Positions 17,495 to 27,723 of a stretch of 64,000 nucleotides of DNA are shown here, in pieces. The stretch comes from Spirochaetaceae bacterium. Lineage in GTDB: Bacteria; Spirochaetota; Spirochaetia; DSM-27196; PWMO01. Under the pieces are notes generated by a model. It searched no databases and had not been told where the DNA came from. It saw nothing but the letters and a program-made list of their open reading frames with translations. The DNA lies in NCBI GenBank assembly GCA_007693485.1, contig REDM01000165.1, positions 39,204 through 103,203 on the forward strand. The letters run 5' to 3'. The first letter of the stretch is position 1; each line of letters opens with the position of its first letter. The translations under genes were made by a program, and so were the position numbers.

Positions 17495-19956
17495 CAGCCG
17501 CCAAGCTCCGGATGGCCACTGCAGAACGTGGCAAACCGGGCGAACTCCCGTTTGAGATCCTCAAAGCACGCTCCAGCCGCCTCCGGGTTTGCTTCGCGAG
17601 CGGCTTCTTCCACGGCCGATGCAGCGTTCCCGAGGGGGATAGCACTGAGATTCCACGCGCCCCCCTTGATGGCGTGAGCCTCGGCGCGCAACGTCTGGTA
17701 GTCTCTGTTCTCCGCCGCCTCGGCCAATGTGGCCATTTGGGCCTCAACCTTGGCGGAAAACGCCTTGACCACTCGGACCACCACCTCGGTCTTTCCCATG
17801 AATGAGTCGACCGCCGCCTGATAGTCAAAGATCACGACGTCGGAATCTCCGTTCGCGTCACGCGGAGCTCCATCGGCGGGGGCTTTTTCAGTGGTCGCCG
17901 CGTTGGCGGTCACCACGCTCGCTGCGAGGTCAGCCTCTTTGGGTGTGGCTGTCGACGCAGATTCTTTGGACGGCTCTTCATCAATGCGGATCCATTTTGT
18001 CAGCACAGGGTATACGTCGCGCGCCTTGAACGGCTTCGGAAGAAAGTCGTTCATGCCGACACTGAGGCATTTCTCCGCCTCGCCTTTCAGCGCACTGGCG
18101 GTTACCGCGATGATTGGTACGTCACGGTTGAACTCACGGATTCGCTGTGTCGCTTCATAACCGTTCATTTCAGGCATCTGCACGTCCATGAAGATCAGAT
18201 CGACCGGTTGCGTCCGCACCGCATCCACCGCCTCTCGCCCATTGGCTGCGAGCACAGTCCTGTATCCCTGTTTTTCGAGGATGGTTTTGAACAGTTGCTG
18301 GTTCACGAAGTGGTCTTCCGCAACCAGAATCACCCCACCAGCTACAGAAACGGGTCGTGCCGGTTTCAAGGGAGAGACGTCGCCCATTGCCTCTTCGTCG
18401 GGCGACCCAAGGTCAATATCATCGGATGCGAGATTGGCGAGGGCATCAAACAGCACCCCTTTGCGCAGCGGCTTGGTGAGGTACGCGTTGAACCACTTCA
18501 GCAGCTTCATCTTCGCCTCGCCGGCCATCCGTCCCGCCGGATTCAACAGCACAAGACGCGTCGAGTTAATGGTCTTGTCAGCGTTGATCTCGCTTGCGAG
18601 CTGCCAGCCGTCCATGCCGCGCATCAGGAGGTCGATCAGCGCCACGTCAAAAGGACTACCCGCGGCGGCTTCCCGTTTCAACACTTCGAGCGCCTCTCTC
18701 CCATCGGCAGCCTCACCGACGGCCGCACCCCATGACTCAACATACCCACGGATGACTCGCCGTGACAGAGCGCTGTCATCGACAACCAGAACCTTGAGCG
18801 CGCCGGGGAGCATGCGGTTCGGCTCCACGGCCTGGGAACCGTGAGGTTCGAATGGAATGGTGAACCAGAAGGTAGAGCCCTTATTGTGCTGACTCTTGAC
18901 GCCAATCTTGCCGCTCATCATCTGGACCAGACTGCGCGAGATCGACAGTCCCAACCCCGTTCCGCCAAACCGGCGCGTTGTCGAGGAGTCAACCTGAGAG
19001 AACGCCTTGAACAGCGTGGAGAGCTTCGCCTCCGGGATACCAATCCCGGTATCAATCACCTCAAACATCACGGCGATACGGTCGGACGAACGGCGTACCG
19101 GACTCACGCGCAGAAACACGTATCCGCGGCTGGTGAACTTTACCGCGTTGTTAAACAGGTTCACAATGATCTGACGGATTCGGACCGGATCGCCCTTGAC
19201 CATCCGCGGGAGCCGGGGATCGAGAAAGAGAAGAACTTCGAGGCCCTTTTTGTGCGCCTCGAGACTTACCAGGTCAACCGCTTCTTCCGTCATGGAGACC
19301 AGATCAAAATCGATGAGCTCCAGCGACAGTTTGCCCGCCTCGATCTTGGAAAAGTCGAGGATGTCGTTGATGAGGTTAAGCAGGACCTCCGCCGAGAACC
19401 GTACCTGCTGCGCGTACTCCCGCTGCTCCTCGTCGAGCGCGGTGTCAAGCATGAGTTCCGTCATCCCGGTAATGGTGTGCAGAGGGGTGCGAATCTCGTG
19501 GCTCATATTTGCCAGAAATGCGGACTTGGTGCGTGTAGCACGCTCCGCGGATTCCTTGTCCTGCTTGAGTTTCTCTTCACCGCTCTTCTGCGTCGTGATG
19601 TCTTCCAACACACCAAAGATGAACGGCGAATGCCCTTCGGAGATTACATGGGTGATATCCATGCGGCACCATGCATCACGCCCGTCGTGCCGAAGGTAAT
19701 GCACCTCTTTGCGGAAGTGGCGCTCGTTCTCGGTGATAATCCCCACGAAGAGTCGATGAAACTCGTCGGCGTCGTCAGCCGAGACAAAGGACTGAATCCG
19801 TTCGTTCTTGAGCTCTTCAGCGGTCCGCCCGAGCATGGACTCGACAACCTGATTGGAATAGATGATGCGGCCGGTCGTATCCAGCACGACCATTCCAACC
19901 GGCGAATGCTCGAAGATAACCTGAAACTGGCGGCCGAGAGGACTCGAAGGGCTCAC
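17494..19956 (-). CDS. Hybrid sensor histidine kinase (PAS - HisKA - HATPase - REC - REC - HPt)
   Basis: H-box SHEIRTPLH. G-boxes DTGIGI / GGTGLGLSI. Two receiver domains (VLVVDDS..., ILVAEDH...DVQMPEMNG). C-terminal HPt with HAIKGG. Confidence 0.9.
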   Translation of the reverse strand: MSPSSPLGRQFQVIFEHSPVGMVVLDTTGRIIYSNQVVESMLGRTAEELKNERIQSFVSADDADEFHRLFVGIITENERHFRKEVHYLRHDGRDAWCRMDITHVISEGHSPFIFGVLEDITTQKSGEEKLKQDKESAERATRTKSAFLANMSHEIRTPLHTITGMTELMLDTALDEEQREYAQQVRFSAEVLLNLINDILDFSKIEAGKLSLELIDFDLVSMTEEAVDLVSLEAHKKGLEVLLFLDPRLPRMVKGDPVRIRQIIVNLFNNAVKFTSRGYVFLRVSPVRRSSDRIAVMFEVIDTGIGIPEAKLSTLFKAFSQVDSSTTRRFGGTGLGLSISRSLVQMMSGKIGVKSQHNKGSTFWFTIPFEPHGSQAVEPNRMLPGALKVLVVDDSALSRRVIRGYVESWGAAVGEAADGREALEVLKREAAAGSPFDVALIDLLMRGMDGWQLASEINADKTINSTRLVLLNPAGRMAGEAKMKLLKWFNAYLTKPLRKGVLFDALANLASDDIDLGSPDEEAMGDVSPLKPARPVSVAGGVILVAEDHFVNQQLFKTILEKQGYRTVLAANGREAVDAVRTQPVDLIFMDVQMPEMNGYEATQRIREFNRDVPIIAVTASALKGEAEKCLSVGMNDFLPKPFKARDVYPVLTKWIRIDEEPSKESASTATPKEADLAASVVTANAATTEKAPADGAPRDANGDSDVVIFDYQAAVDSFMGKTEVVVRVVKAFSAKVEAQMATLAEAAENRDYQTLRAEAHAIKGGAWNLSAIPLGNAASAVEEAAREANPEAAGACFEDLKREFARFATFCSGHPELGG

Positions 19957-19968
19957 TGTTCCGCCCGG

Positions 19969-21219
19969 CTAGAAGCTCAGCTTCAGGATTTCGGTTGCCT
20001 TGGTCAGAACCGCTGACGGTTTCAATGGCTTGATCATATAACTCTTCACTCCGAGCTTGAGCGCCTTGACCACCGTTTCGCGCTGGGAGAGCGCCGACAG
20101 AACGATGATCGGCAGATTCGTCGTACGAGTCTTCAGCTCCTGCAGGACCTGGAAGCCGTCCATCTCCGGCATCATGAGATCAAGAAAGATCAGGTCCGCG
20201 GATGCGGCTTCGGGGTCATTCACAAACTCCCTGCCGTTACCATAGACCTTGATATTGAACGAAGTATCCGAAAACGCGGTCCTGATCAGCTCCTGGATCA
20301 CCAGATCATCGTCCACAACCGCAATGGTCAGGTTCTCGTCGAGATCGTGCAGGTCGAACGCCGCCTTCTCTCCATCGAATTTCATGTCGATGGATTCGGC
20401 CCCTTCCTTTTTTGGCGCTTTGACCTGAAGGAACTCCTGCTGTACTACCTTTCGCGACGGATCGATATAGGTTCCGGTCTTGCGCCCGAGGAGACCATCC
20501 ATCGCAGTCTCAAGATTATTGGTGACCACGATTTCGGACATGTCTTCGCGTCCGGATAGATAGCTGCCGACAAACTCGGAGTTGGTGAGGATTCTCACGT
20601 TGCGCGGTTTGGCGTACTGCAGCACGGTGTTCATGAGCGTGCCGAGTTTGATGGAGTCGTCGGGCGAGATGTCAACGTTGGACATCATGACCAGCATCTT
20701 GACCTGCTGCAGCTCGTAGAGGCTGAGCAACTCCTTGATCTTGTACCGCAACAGTTCGATCTTTTCCTTGTTGAGCCCTTGTGCTACCTCAACGAAAACG
20801 ATCTCGTCATTCACGTGCGCTTCGATGATGCACGGGGTGTTGTCCATCTCAACCTGAACCCCGAGCACCTCGGAAACGGCCTTCAGCAGGGTATCGATTC
20901 GAATCGGTTTGGTGAAAAACTTCTTTACCTGATACTGCGCCACCTGGAGCAGCTTGTCACGATCGACTTTGGCGGAAGCCATGATCACCGGCACCTGTGC
21001 GGTGTTGGGATCCTGACGGATCTTCTCCAGCACCTCAAGCGAACTGCTGCGCGAGAGATAATAATCCATGATGACCAGGTCGGGAGTTTGCTGTCGCACC
21101 TTCACCGCGCCGTCGAGGCCGTTTACCGCTACCGACACCTCGAAACCGTACTCGCCGAGTTTCTTTGCCAGGAAATCCCGGAACAGCGCAGATTCATCAA
21201 TAACCAGAATTTTTTTCAT
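19969..21219 (-). CDS. Response regulator with two receiver domains flanking an unassigned central domain
   Basis: N-terminal REC (KKILVIDES...DLVIMDYYL...TKP) and C-terminal REC (IAVVDDD...DLIFLDLMMPEMDG...IKP). No recognisable output domain. Confidence 0.85.
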   Translation of the reverse strand: MKKILVIDESALFRDFLAKKLGEYGFEVSVAVNGLDGAVKVRQQTPDLVIMDYYLSRSSSLEVLEKIRQDPNTAQVPVIMASAKVDRDKLLQVAQYQVKKFFTKPIRIDTLLKAVSEVLGVQVEMDNTPCIIEAHVNDEIVFVEVAQGLNKEKIELLRYKIKELLSLYELQQVKMLVMMSNVDISPDDSIKLGTLMNTVLQYAKPRNVRILTNSEFVGSYLSGREDMSEIVVTNNLETAMDGLLGRKTGTYIDPSRKVVQQEFLQVKAPKKEGAESIDMKFDGEKAAFDLHDLDENLTIAVVDDDLVIQELIRTAFSDTSFNIKVYGNGREFVNDPEAASADLIFLDLMMPEMDGFQVLQELKTRTTNLPIIVLSALSQRETVVKALKLGVKSYMIKPLKPSAVLTKATEILKLSF

Positions 21220-21280
21220 GGTCGGTCGCTCCCTTCACTATGTATACGCGGAATCGTACCGTTTTGCAACAAAACTCACG

Positions 21281-21309
21281 TTGACATCCCGAGAACGCGC
21301 CGATACCAT
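21281..21309 (+). promoter_or_regulatory. Candidate sigma70-type promoter (TTGACA - 17 nt - TACCAT) for the phosphohexomutase gene
   Basis: Hexamers read from the sequence in the 120-bp, lower-GC divergent region. GAGGA SD 6 nt before ATG 21340. Confidence 0.4.
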
Positions 21310-21339
21310 ACATCCAAAAACCGCCTCTGAGGATGTTTG

Positions 21340-23268
21340 ATGAAGCCCATCTACGATCTGGTTACCGGCCGGCTGTTGCTGGACCCGGATCGACCGGTCC
21401 CCCCCGCCTTTCAGAGTGTACCCCGCCATGAGATCGACCGAGCGCTCTCGCGGTACATCCTGTCGGTTTCGGGGTGGCGCACCGTCTTTGCTCCCCACGA
21501 GGAGAGCGATGATCCGCAGATTGGCAATGCCGACGCGATCCTGCTCGCGTGTGCGGGTAGAGTCATCGGTGAACTCTTGCGGGGAAGTGCGCCGCGATTT
21601 CCCGCCAAGGTAGTGCTCGCTACCGATTCCCGTCCAACCGGACCCGCGATTACCAATATTCTTCTTCGTTCGCTGCTCAGCATGGAAATCGAAGTGCGAG
21701 TTCTGGGCATTGCCGCGACCCCGGAGGTCATGGCGTATACCAAAGTCGTTCCTGAGCTTGACGGCTTTGTCTACGTGACGGCGAGTCACAACCCAGTCGG
21801 ACACAACGGGCTGAAAATTGGTCTCTCCGACGGTGCAGTACTGAACAAGCTGCGCGCCGAGGAGTTGATTGCGCGGTTCACCAAAATGGTTTCAAACGAC
21901 AGCGCGGTGCGTACGGCCGTCGATGCCGCCCGGGCGGTTCCGCCGGCGGTTCTCGCCGATCACCACGTTTCGAGCACTCAGTGGCGACAACAGTGTGCGC
22001 GAACCTATTCACAGTTTGTTACCGAGGTGATCACCGGGACGCGCGGTTCAGCAAATACCGGCGATTCCATGGAACAGCTTCGACGTTCGGTAACACGCGC
22101 GAAGGCGGGCATCGTGTGCGACTTCAACGGCAGCGCCCGCGCCGGCTCGATCGATCGTTTCTTCCTTCGCGAAATGGGCTTCGCATTTGAATCGATCAAC
22201 GACCAGCCCGGCGCCATCACTCACGCGATCATCCCCGAGGGAGAATCGTTGACCCCGTGCCGCGAACTCCTCAGCGCTGCGCGCGCGCGCAGCGCCGGCT
22301 TTATTGCCGGATACACTCCCGATAACGATGGTGACCGCGGGAATTTTGTCCTCGCCACCGGAAACGGATCGACCGTCACTGAGCTGCCGGCGCAACAGGG
22401 GTTTGCGCTCGCCGAGGTCGCAGAGCTTGCATGGTACCGGTACCTGAATCCCGGTGGCGGCACCGCTCGCCTTGCCGTTGTGGTAAACGATGCGACGTCC
22501 CTGCGGATCGATGCGATCGCAGAGCGCTTTGGCGCGCGGGTGTATCGCGCAGAGGTTGGCGAGGCAAACGTGCTCGAGCTTTCGAGTCGCCTGCACGCCG
22601 AAGGCTGCGTGGTGCCAATTCTCGGCGAAGGCTCAAACGGTGGCACCATTATTCCCCCATCGACCGTACGGGACCCGCTGACCGCAATCGGCTCCCTCGC
22701 AAAGCTGCTCTACGCCGAAACCGACGACGGTACCAGAAGTCCCATGGCCATCTGGTACCGGGCGTGCGGAGTGTCCATGCCGACGGGCCATCGCCCGACC
22801 ATTGGCGAACTGCTTGCCACCCTGCCCGCGTATCAGACCACCGCGACAACCGATCCCGACGCCATCATGAAGATCACCACTACCAACCACGCCCTCCTGA
22901 AAGCGGCGTACGAGGAACTGTTTCCCGCTGCGTGGGAAGAGCGCAAGACGGAGCTCGGCTCACGATTTGGCATCACCTCGTGGACCGAGTTCAACTATGA
23001 GGGCGCCGACGAGATCGAGGGAGTGGGGCCATCGAAGCGCAGTGGAAACGAGCGCGGGGGATTTCGTATTCTGTTTCACGACGATGCCGGCTTTCCGATC
23101 GCCTTCATCTGGATGCGCGGTTCGGCGACCGAACCGGTGTTCCGGGTCCTTGCCGACGTTCGCTCGGACGACCCCGAAGACGCGCGATTCCTGCTGAGGT
23201 GGCATCGGTCCATCATCGAGAAGGCCGACAGCCTGGTAACCAAGCGATCCGGTCACGCCGGCGCGTAG
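21340..23268 (+). CDS. Phosphohexomutase family protein (phosphoglucomutase/phosphomannomutase-like, long form)
   Basis: Active-site loop YVTASHNPVGHNGLK and metal-binding block TPDNDGDRG. ATG 21340 preferred over TTG 21337. Confidence 0.8.
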   Translation: MKPIYDLVTGRLLLDPDRPVPPAFQSVPRHEIDRALSRYILSVSGWRTVFAPHEESDDPQIGNADAILLACAGRVIGELLRGSAPRFPAKVVLATDSRPTGPAITNILLRSLLSMEIEVRVLGIAATPEVMAYTKVVPELDGFVYVTASHNPVGHNGLKIGLSDGAVLNKLRAEELIARFTKMVSNDSAVRTAVDAARAVPPAVLADHHVSSTQWRQQCARTYSQFVTEVITGTRGSANTGDSMEQLRRSVTRAKAGIVCDFNGSARAGSIDRFFLREMGFAFESINDQPGAITHAIIPEGESLTPCRELLSAARARSAGFIAGYTPDNDGDRGNFVLATGNGSTVTELPAQQGFALAEVAELAWYRYLNPGGGTARLAVVVNDATSLRIDAIAERFGARVYRAEVGEANVLELSSRLHAEGCVVPILGEGSNGGTIIPPSTVRDPLTAIGSLAKLLYAETDDGTRSPMAIWYRACGVSMPTGHRPTIGELLATLPAYQTTATTDPDAIMKITTTNHALLKAAYEELFPAAWEERKTELGSRFGITSWTEFNYEGADEIEGVGPSKRSGNERGGFRILFHDDAGFPIAFIWMRGSATEPVFRVLADVRSDDPEDARFLLRWHRSIIEKADSLVTKRSGHAGA

Positions 23269-24089
23269 CGCTCTCCCGAACGGAGCAGAAAACCCTCCAC
23301 GACAAGCTCATCGAGTATTCCCGCGAGTCGATCGTCGTGCAGGCCGCCAAGGTCCGCCTGGATTCGATCGAGGGTGCGGCTATCGCCATCGGAAAACATC
23401 CGAACGAGCGCGCCGCGGATCTGCCGCCGCGATCCCTCAAACCGGGACTGCCGGTTGTAGTGGACGCTCCGTCGGTTGGGGTTTGCAATGTGCAGCTTGA
23501 GCATCGCACCGTAGTCCATCAGCGCCCAGTACCAGCGCCGCGGCTCGTCGCGGTCCAGCGCGGCTGCGATGAGCGGCATCAGCTCGCGGTCGTGAACACC
23601 GTCCACGTCACTGAAGAAAAAATGGAGAAATACCCGCCTGATGTTGGTTTCGATGAACACCACCGGAAGATTGAACGCAAAGGCGCAGACGGCGCCTGCG
23701 GTATTGCGCCCGATTCCGGGAAGGCCCTCGAGCAGGTTGGGATCGGCCGGAAGCGCGCCGTTATGACGTTCCAGCACGGTGTGCGCACACTGGTGCAGAA
23801 ACTTCGCGCGTCGGTTGTAGCCGAGTCCCTGCCATTGCGCCAGTACCTCGACCAGACGTGCCGACGCGAGTGCTGACCAGTCGGGAAACCGCTCAAGAAA
23901 CGGACCAAACTTCTGCATCACCCGCGATACCTGGGTCTGCTGCAGCATGAACTCGGAGACAACAATGTGATAGGGGTCGCTGGTGGCGCGCCACGGCATC
24001 TCGCGACCGTGCTTGAGGAAGTGGTCCCAGATCACCTCACGAAACGCGCTCAGGCGTTTTGGGCCCTCACGTCCAAGGCTATCATTCAC
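23253..24089 (-). CDS. HhH-GPD DNA glycosylase, MutY-like but without an Fe-S cluster loop or NUDIX domain
   Basis: MPWR...DPYHIVVSEFMLQQTQV, GLGYNRRAKFL, HhH LPGIGRNTAGAV. Only two Cys in the whole protein. Confidence 0.7.
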   Translation of the reverse strand: MNDSLGREGPKRLSAFREVIWDHFLKHGREMPWRATSDPYHIVVSEFMLQQTQVSRVMQKFGPFLERFPDWSALASARLVEVLAQWQGLGYNRRAKFLHQCAHTVLERHNGALPADPNLLEGLPGIGRNTAGAVCAFAFNLPVVFIETNIRRVFLHFFFSDVDGVHDRELMPLIAAALDRDEPRRWYWALMDYGAMLKLHIANPNRRSVHYNRQSRFEGSRRQIRGALVRMFSDGDSRTLDRIQADLGGLHDDRLAGILDELVVEGFLLRSGERYAPA

Positions 24090-24105
24090 GTGGTTGTTTC
24101 GCGAT

Positions 24106-25173
24106 TCACGACAAGGAGTCGCGCTTCTCCCGCTTCTTCCGCGCGTCCTCGGCCTTTCGACTGATGCGGTTCCAGACCCCGGTGAGCCCCATCGCTTTTT
24201 TTGCCTCTACCAGGGTTGCCCGCGCCTCATCACGCATGCGAAGCGTACCTTCATAGATGACCTCGTCGACAAAGCCTCCGCGCGCCTCAAAGACGGCCCG
24301 CCGCTCGCGGATTGGATCCAGAAAGGCGTTGATGGCTGCGGCAAGTTTCTGCTTGACCTCAACGTCCCCAACCGTTCCCGCCCGGTAGCGCGTCTTGAGT
24401 TCTTCAACCTCGGCCTTGTCGGGATTGAAGACGTCGTGGTAGGTGAACACCGGGTTTCCCTCGACCGTGCCGGGAATATCAGCCCGCACCCGGTTGGGAT
24501 CGGTGTACATGCCCATGACCCTGCGGGTCACCGTCTTCTCATCATCGGAGAGCATGATGGTGTTGTCCAGCGATTTGGACATCTTGGCGCTGCCGTCGGT
24601 ACCCACGAGGGTCGGCACGTCGCCGATCAGGACGTCGGGAAGCGGAAAGACCTCACCGTAGAGGTTGTTAAACCGTCGCGCAATCTCGCGCGTCAGCTCC
24701 ACGTGCGCTTCGTTATCTTTGCCCACGGGAACGATGTGGGCACGCGGCAGAAGGATATCCGCCGACTGCAGCACCGGATATCCCAGAAGGCCAAACGACA
24801 TCTCGGCGAGATTGGCCGAGTCTTTCATGTCCTTGAGACTGGGCAGCCGCTGCAGCCGGGGCACGGTGACCAGCATCTCGAAAAAGAGATTGAGCTCGTA
24901 GGTCTCATGTACGGCGGACTGAAGAAAGATCACCGACTGTTGGGGATCAATACCGCACGAAAGGTAATCCAGGACCATCTGCCGCGCGTTTTCTGAGATC
25001 GCCTCGATATCTTCTTTGGCTGGTCGCGTCGTGAGCATGTGAAGGTCGGCAATGAGAAAAAAACAGTCGTACTGGGATTGAAGTTTCAGCCGGTTGGCGA
25101 TTGATCCGACATAATGGCCGAGGTGAAGCCGTCCCGTAGGTCGATCACCGGTGAGAAGTCGCTTGCGTTGCAT
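24106..25173 (-). CDS. trpS: Tryptophan--tRNA ligase
   Basis: Class I HIGH-type [13 protein letters not shown], and overall TrpRS layout. Confidence 0.92.
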   Translation of the reverse strand: MQRKRLLTGDRPTGRLHLGHYVGSIANRLKLQSQYDCFFLIADLHMLTTRPAKEDIEAISENARQMVLDYLSCGIDPQQSVIFLQSAVHETYELNLFFEMLVTVPRLQRLPSLKDMKDSANLAEMSFGLLGYPVLQSADILLPRAHIVPVGKDNEAHVELTREIARRFNNLYGEVFPLPDVLIGDVPTLVGTDGSAKMSKSLDNTIMLSDDEKTVTRRVMGMYTDPNRVRADIPGTVEGNPVFTYHDVFNPDKAEVEELKTRYRAGTVGDVEVKQKLAAAINAFLDPIRERRAVFEARGGFVDEVIYEGTLRMRDEARATLVEAKKAMGLTGVWNRISRKAEDARKKREKRDSLS

Positions 25174-26233
25174 GATGCGGCCGTGCTCCTGTCTTGTGTT
25201 GTTTTTTCTTGCGTTTGCGAAAGCTGCCGGTTCCCATCATGATGCCAAAGGGTTCCATGCCCGGTATGTTCTCCAGAGCGATCTTGATTGCCACGGTGAG
25301 CGGAACCGCCAGAAACATCCCCATGACACCCCAGAGCCAGCCCCACACCAGCAGCGAGAGCAGGATGACCACCGGACTCAGGTTCAGTCGATCACCCAGA
25401 AGCTTGGGATCGATGATGTTACCGATGATCAGCTGCGTCACCGACATCGCCGCAACCGTAGCGACGATACTGTTCCAGTCGGGAACAAATTGAACCACCG
25501 CGAAAAGACCGCTCAGGAAGGTGATCATAATCGAGCCAATGCTCGGAATAAAATTGAACAGGAAGGTAAGGATGGCCCAGATAACCGGAAAGTCCACGCC
25601 AATGAGGGAGAACGACACAAACACGATACTCGCGGTCATCGTGCTGACCAGCAACTTGACGTTGAGGTAGCGCCCGATCTGTGCGTTGATGTGTGCAAAA
25701 ATGATCACGATCTTTCGCGTGGTATGGCCGTGAAACGCCTGCATCATCTTCAGATGGACAAAGGGCTTCTCCATCAACAGAAAAAAGAGAAACACCAGCA
25801 CCAGCATGAGGCCGCCGGCAAACGCCATGAAGTTCCCGGAGAACGAGAGCACCAGGCTGCCCACCGCACGATTCAGGTTAAACTCCGCCAGCAGGTAATC
25901 GGGAAGGTCGAATCGCTCGATCAGCTCCTGCACCAGGCTGGTGAGTCTGCGCTGATAGACCGGAAACTGGCGCAGAAGCGACTGGGTACTGGTGTAAACC
26001 ACCACCCCGATCAGAAAGCCCACTGCCAGAAAGATACCGAGCACCGTAAGAATCGCGAGCAGGCGCGGAACCTTGTTCCTCGTGAGAAAAGAGACAACCG
26101 GCGAAAACACAAACGAGAGCAGGAGCGCGAGTACGAGGGGGAGGAAGATACTACCGGTAAGCCGCAGGACGCTGCCTGCGGCCACAACCACGATGACCGC
26201 GAGAAGTGCTGAGTTCACTCGTTGGGTATCCAT
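25145..26233 (-). CDS. AI-2E (PerM/YhhT) family transporter
   Basis: About 8 TM helices with the characteristic C-terminal block [35 protein letters not shown]. Confidence 0.8.
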   Translation of the reverse strand: MDTQRVNSALLAVIVVVAAGSVLRLTGSIFLPLVLALLLSFVFSPVVSFLTRNKVPRLLAILTVLGIFLAVGFLIGVVVYTSTQSLLRQFPVYQRRLTSLVQELIERFDLPDYLLAEFNLNRAVGSLVLSFSGNFMAFAGGLMLVLVFLFFLLMEKPFVHLKMMQAFHGHTTRKIVIIFAHINAQIGRYLNVKLLVSTMTASIVFVSFSLIGVDFPVIWAILTFLFNFIPSIGSIMITFLSGLFAVVQFVPDWNSIVATVAAMSVTQLIIGNIIDPKLLGDRLNLSPVVILLSLLVWGWLWGVMGMFLAVPLTVAIKIALENIPGMEPFGIMMGTGSFRKRKKKQHKTGARPHHATQATSHR

Positions 26234-26317
26234 CAGGATTCTACTCTACCAGATTCGCGCTGAAGAGGGAACGCCGCCCACCGCAGACCGGTAACGGCGG
26301 CGCATCTTGTCTACCGC

Positions 26318-27706
26318 TCAGAAATGAATTGCCCAGCCTTCGACCGTGCGAGCCCCCTCCATCACCGCCTCCGAGAGCGTCGGATGCGCGTGTACCATGG
26401 TGGCGATGTCTTCGGGCAGGAGCTCCGCTTTCTTCGCGAGCAGGATTTCGTGGATGAGCTCGGTTGCGGTGCTTCCGGCAATATGAGCAGCCAGGATTTC
26501 GTGGGTCTTCGGATCAAAGAGAATCTTGACCAGCCCTTCCGGCTGCTCGATGGCCACCGACTTACCCGCGCCCCGGTACGGAAACACGGCTTTCTCGTAC
26601 GGGGTCTTCTTCTCCTTGAGCTCTGCCTCCGTGGGACCAAAGCTCGCCAGCTGCGGCTCGGTGTAGATGGCAGCCGGCACGAGTTCCGCGGGAAGCCGCT
26701 TCTCAGCGTGCTTTCCGGCCATGTGCTCCACGGCAATTTCGGCTTCCTTGGACGCAACGTGGGCAAGCGCGAGTGACGGAACACAGTCGCCCACCGCAAA
26801 GATGCTCTCTACGCTGGTGCGATAGTAGTCGCCGGCGATTATGTACCCCTTCTCGGTCTTCACGCCAACCGCATCCAGCCCAAGCCCCTCGGTGTTGGGT
26901 GTCCGGCCTACCGCAACCAGCAGCTTATCCGCCTTGAGGGTCTCTTTCTTGCCGTCCTTGGTCTCTACTGAGAGCTCAACCCCGGACTTGGCTTTCTTGA
27001 GGCCCGTTGCCTTGGTGCCGGTCATCATCACGATGCCGCGCTTGTGGAAGTCCTTGTACAGCACCTCCACCGCCTCCTTATCCGAGAGCGGCAGAATCTG
27101 ATCGAGCATCTCGACCACGGTGACCTTCACGCCAAAGGTGCTCATCACGTGGGCAAACTCCATTCCGATGTAGCCGGCACCAAGAATGAGCAGCTCCTTG
27201 GGAAGCTTCTCCAGCATCAACGCCCCGGTGGAGGAGAGCACCAGTTCCTCGTCAAACTCGTAACCGGGAATTTCCTTGGGCCGCGATCCGGTGGCAATCA
27301 TCACAAACTTGGCACTGATCTTTTTTCCCCCAACGCTCACCTCGTGCGCGCCGGTCAGCTTGGCCTCGCCGGCAATCAGCTCGATCTTGTTCTTCTTGAT
27401 GAGCGACTGCACCCCGCGGGAGAGCCGGTCGGCGGCTTCGCGGGACTTCTTGAACACCGTCCGATAGTTAAAGCCCTTTTTGTCCACTGCGACGCCCATC
27501 GCTTCCAGCGCATGAATCGAGTGGTAGAGCTCGGCCTGATGAATGAGCGCCTTGGAGGGAATGCACCCCACGTTCAGGCAGACTCCGCCGGGCTTATCCC
27601 TTTCTACAATCGCGGTTTTCATTCCCAGCTGGGAGGCACGGATCGCGCCAACGTAGCCGCCGGGACCCGCGCCAATCACCAGAAGGTCGTAGTCGTATGA
27701 TGCCAT
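26318..27706 (-). CDS. lpdA: Dihydrolipoyl dehydrogenase (E3)
   Basis: FAD motif VIGAGPGGY, redox-active GGVCLNVGCIPSK, C-terminal HAHPTLSE. Confidence 0.92.
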   Translation of the reverse strand: MASYDYDLLVIGAGPGGYVGAIRASQLGMKTAIVERDKPGGVCLNVGCIPSKALIHQAELYHSIHALEAMGVAVDKKGFNYRTVFKKSREAADRLSRGVQSLIKKNKIELIAGEAKLTGAHEVSVGGKKISAKFVMIATGSRPKEIPGYEFDEELVLSSTGALMLEKLPKELLILGAGYIGMEFAHVMSTFGVKVTVVEMLDQILPLSDKEAVEVLYKDFHKRGIVMMTGTKATGLKKAKSGVELSVETKDGKKETLKADKLLVAVGRTPNTEGLGLDAVGVKTEKGYIIAGDYYRTSVESIFAVGDCVPSLALAHVASKEAEIAVEHMAGKHAEKRLPAELVPAAIYTEPQLASFGPTEAELKEKKTPYEKAVFPYRGAGKSVAIEQPEGLVKILFDPKTHEILAAHIAGSTATELIHEILLAKKAELLPEDIATMVHAHPTLSEAVMEGARTVEGWAIHF

Positions 27707-27723
27707 GGTCTTCTCCGTTTCCC

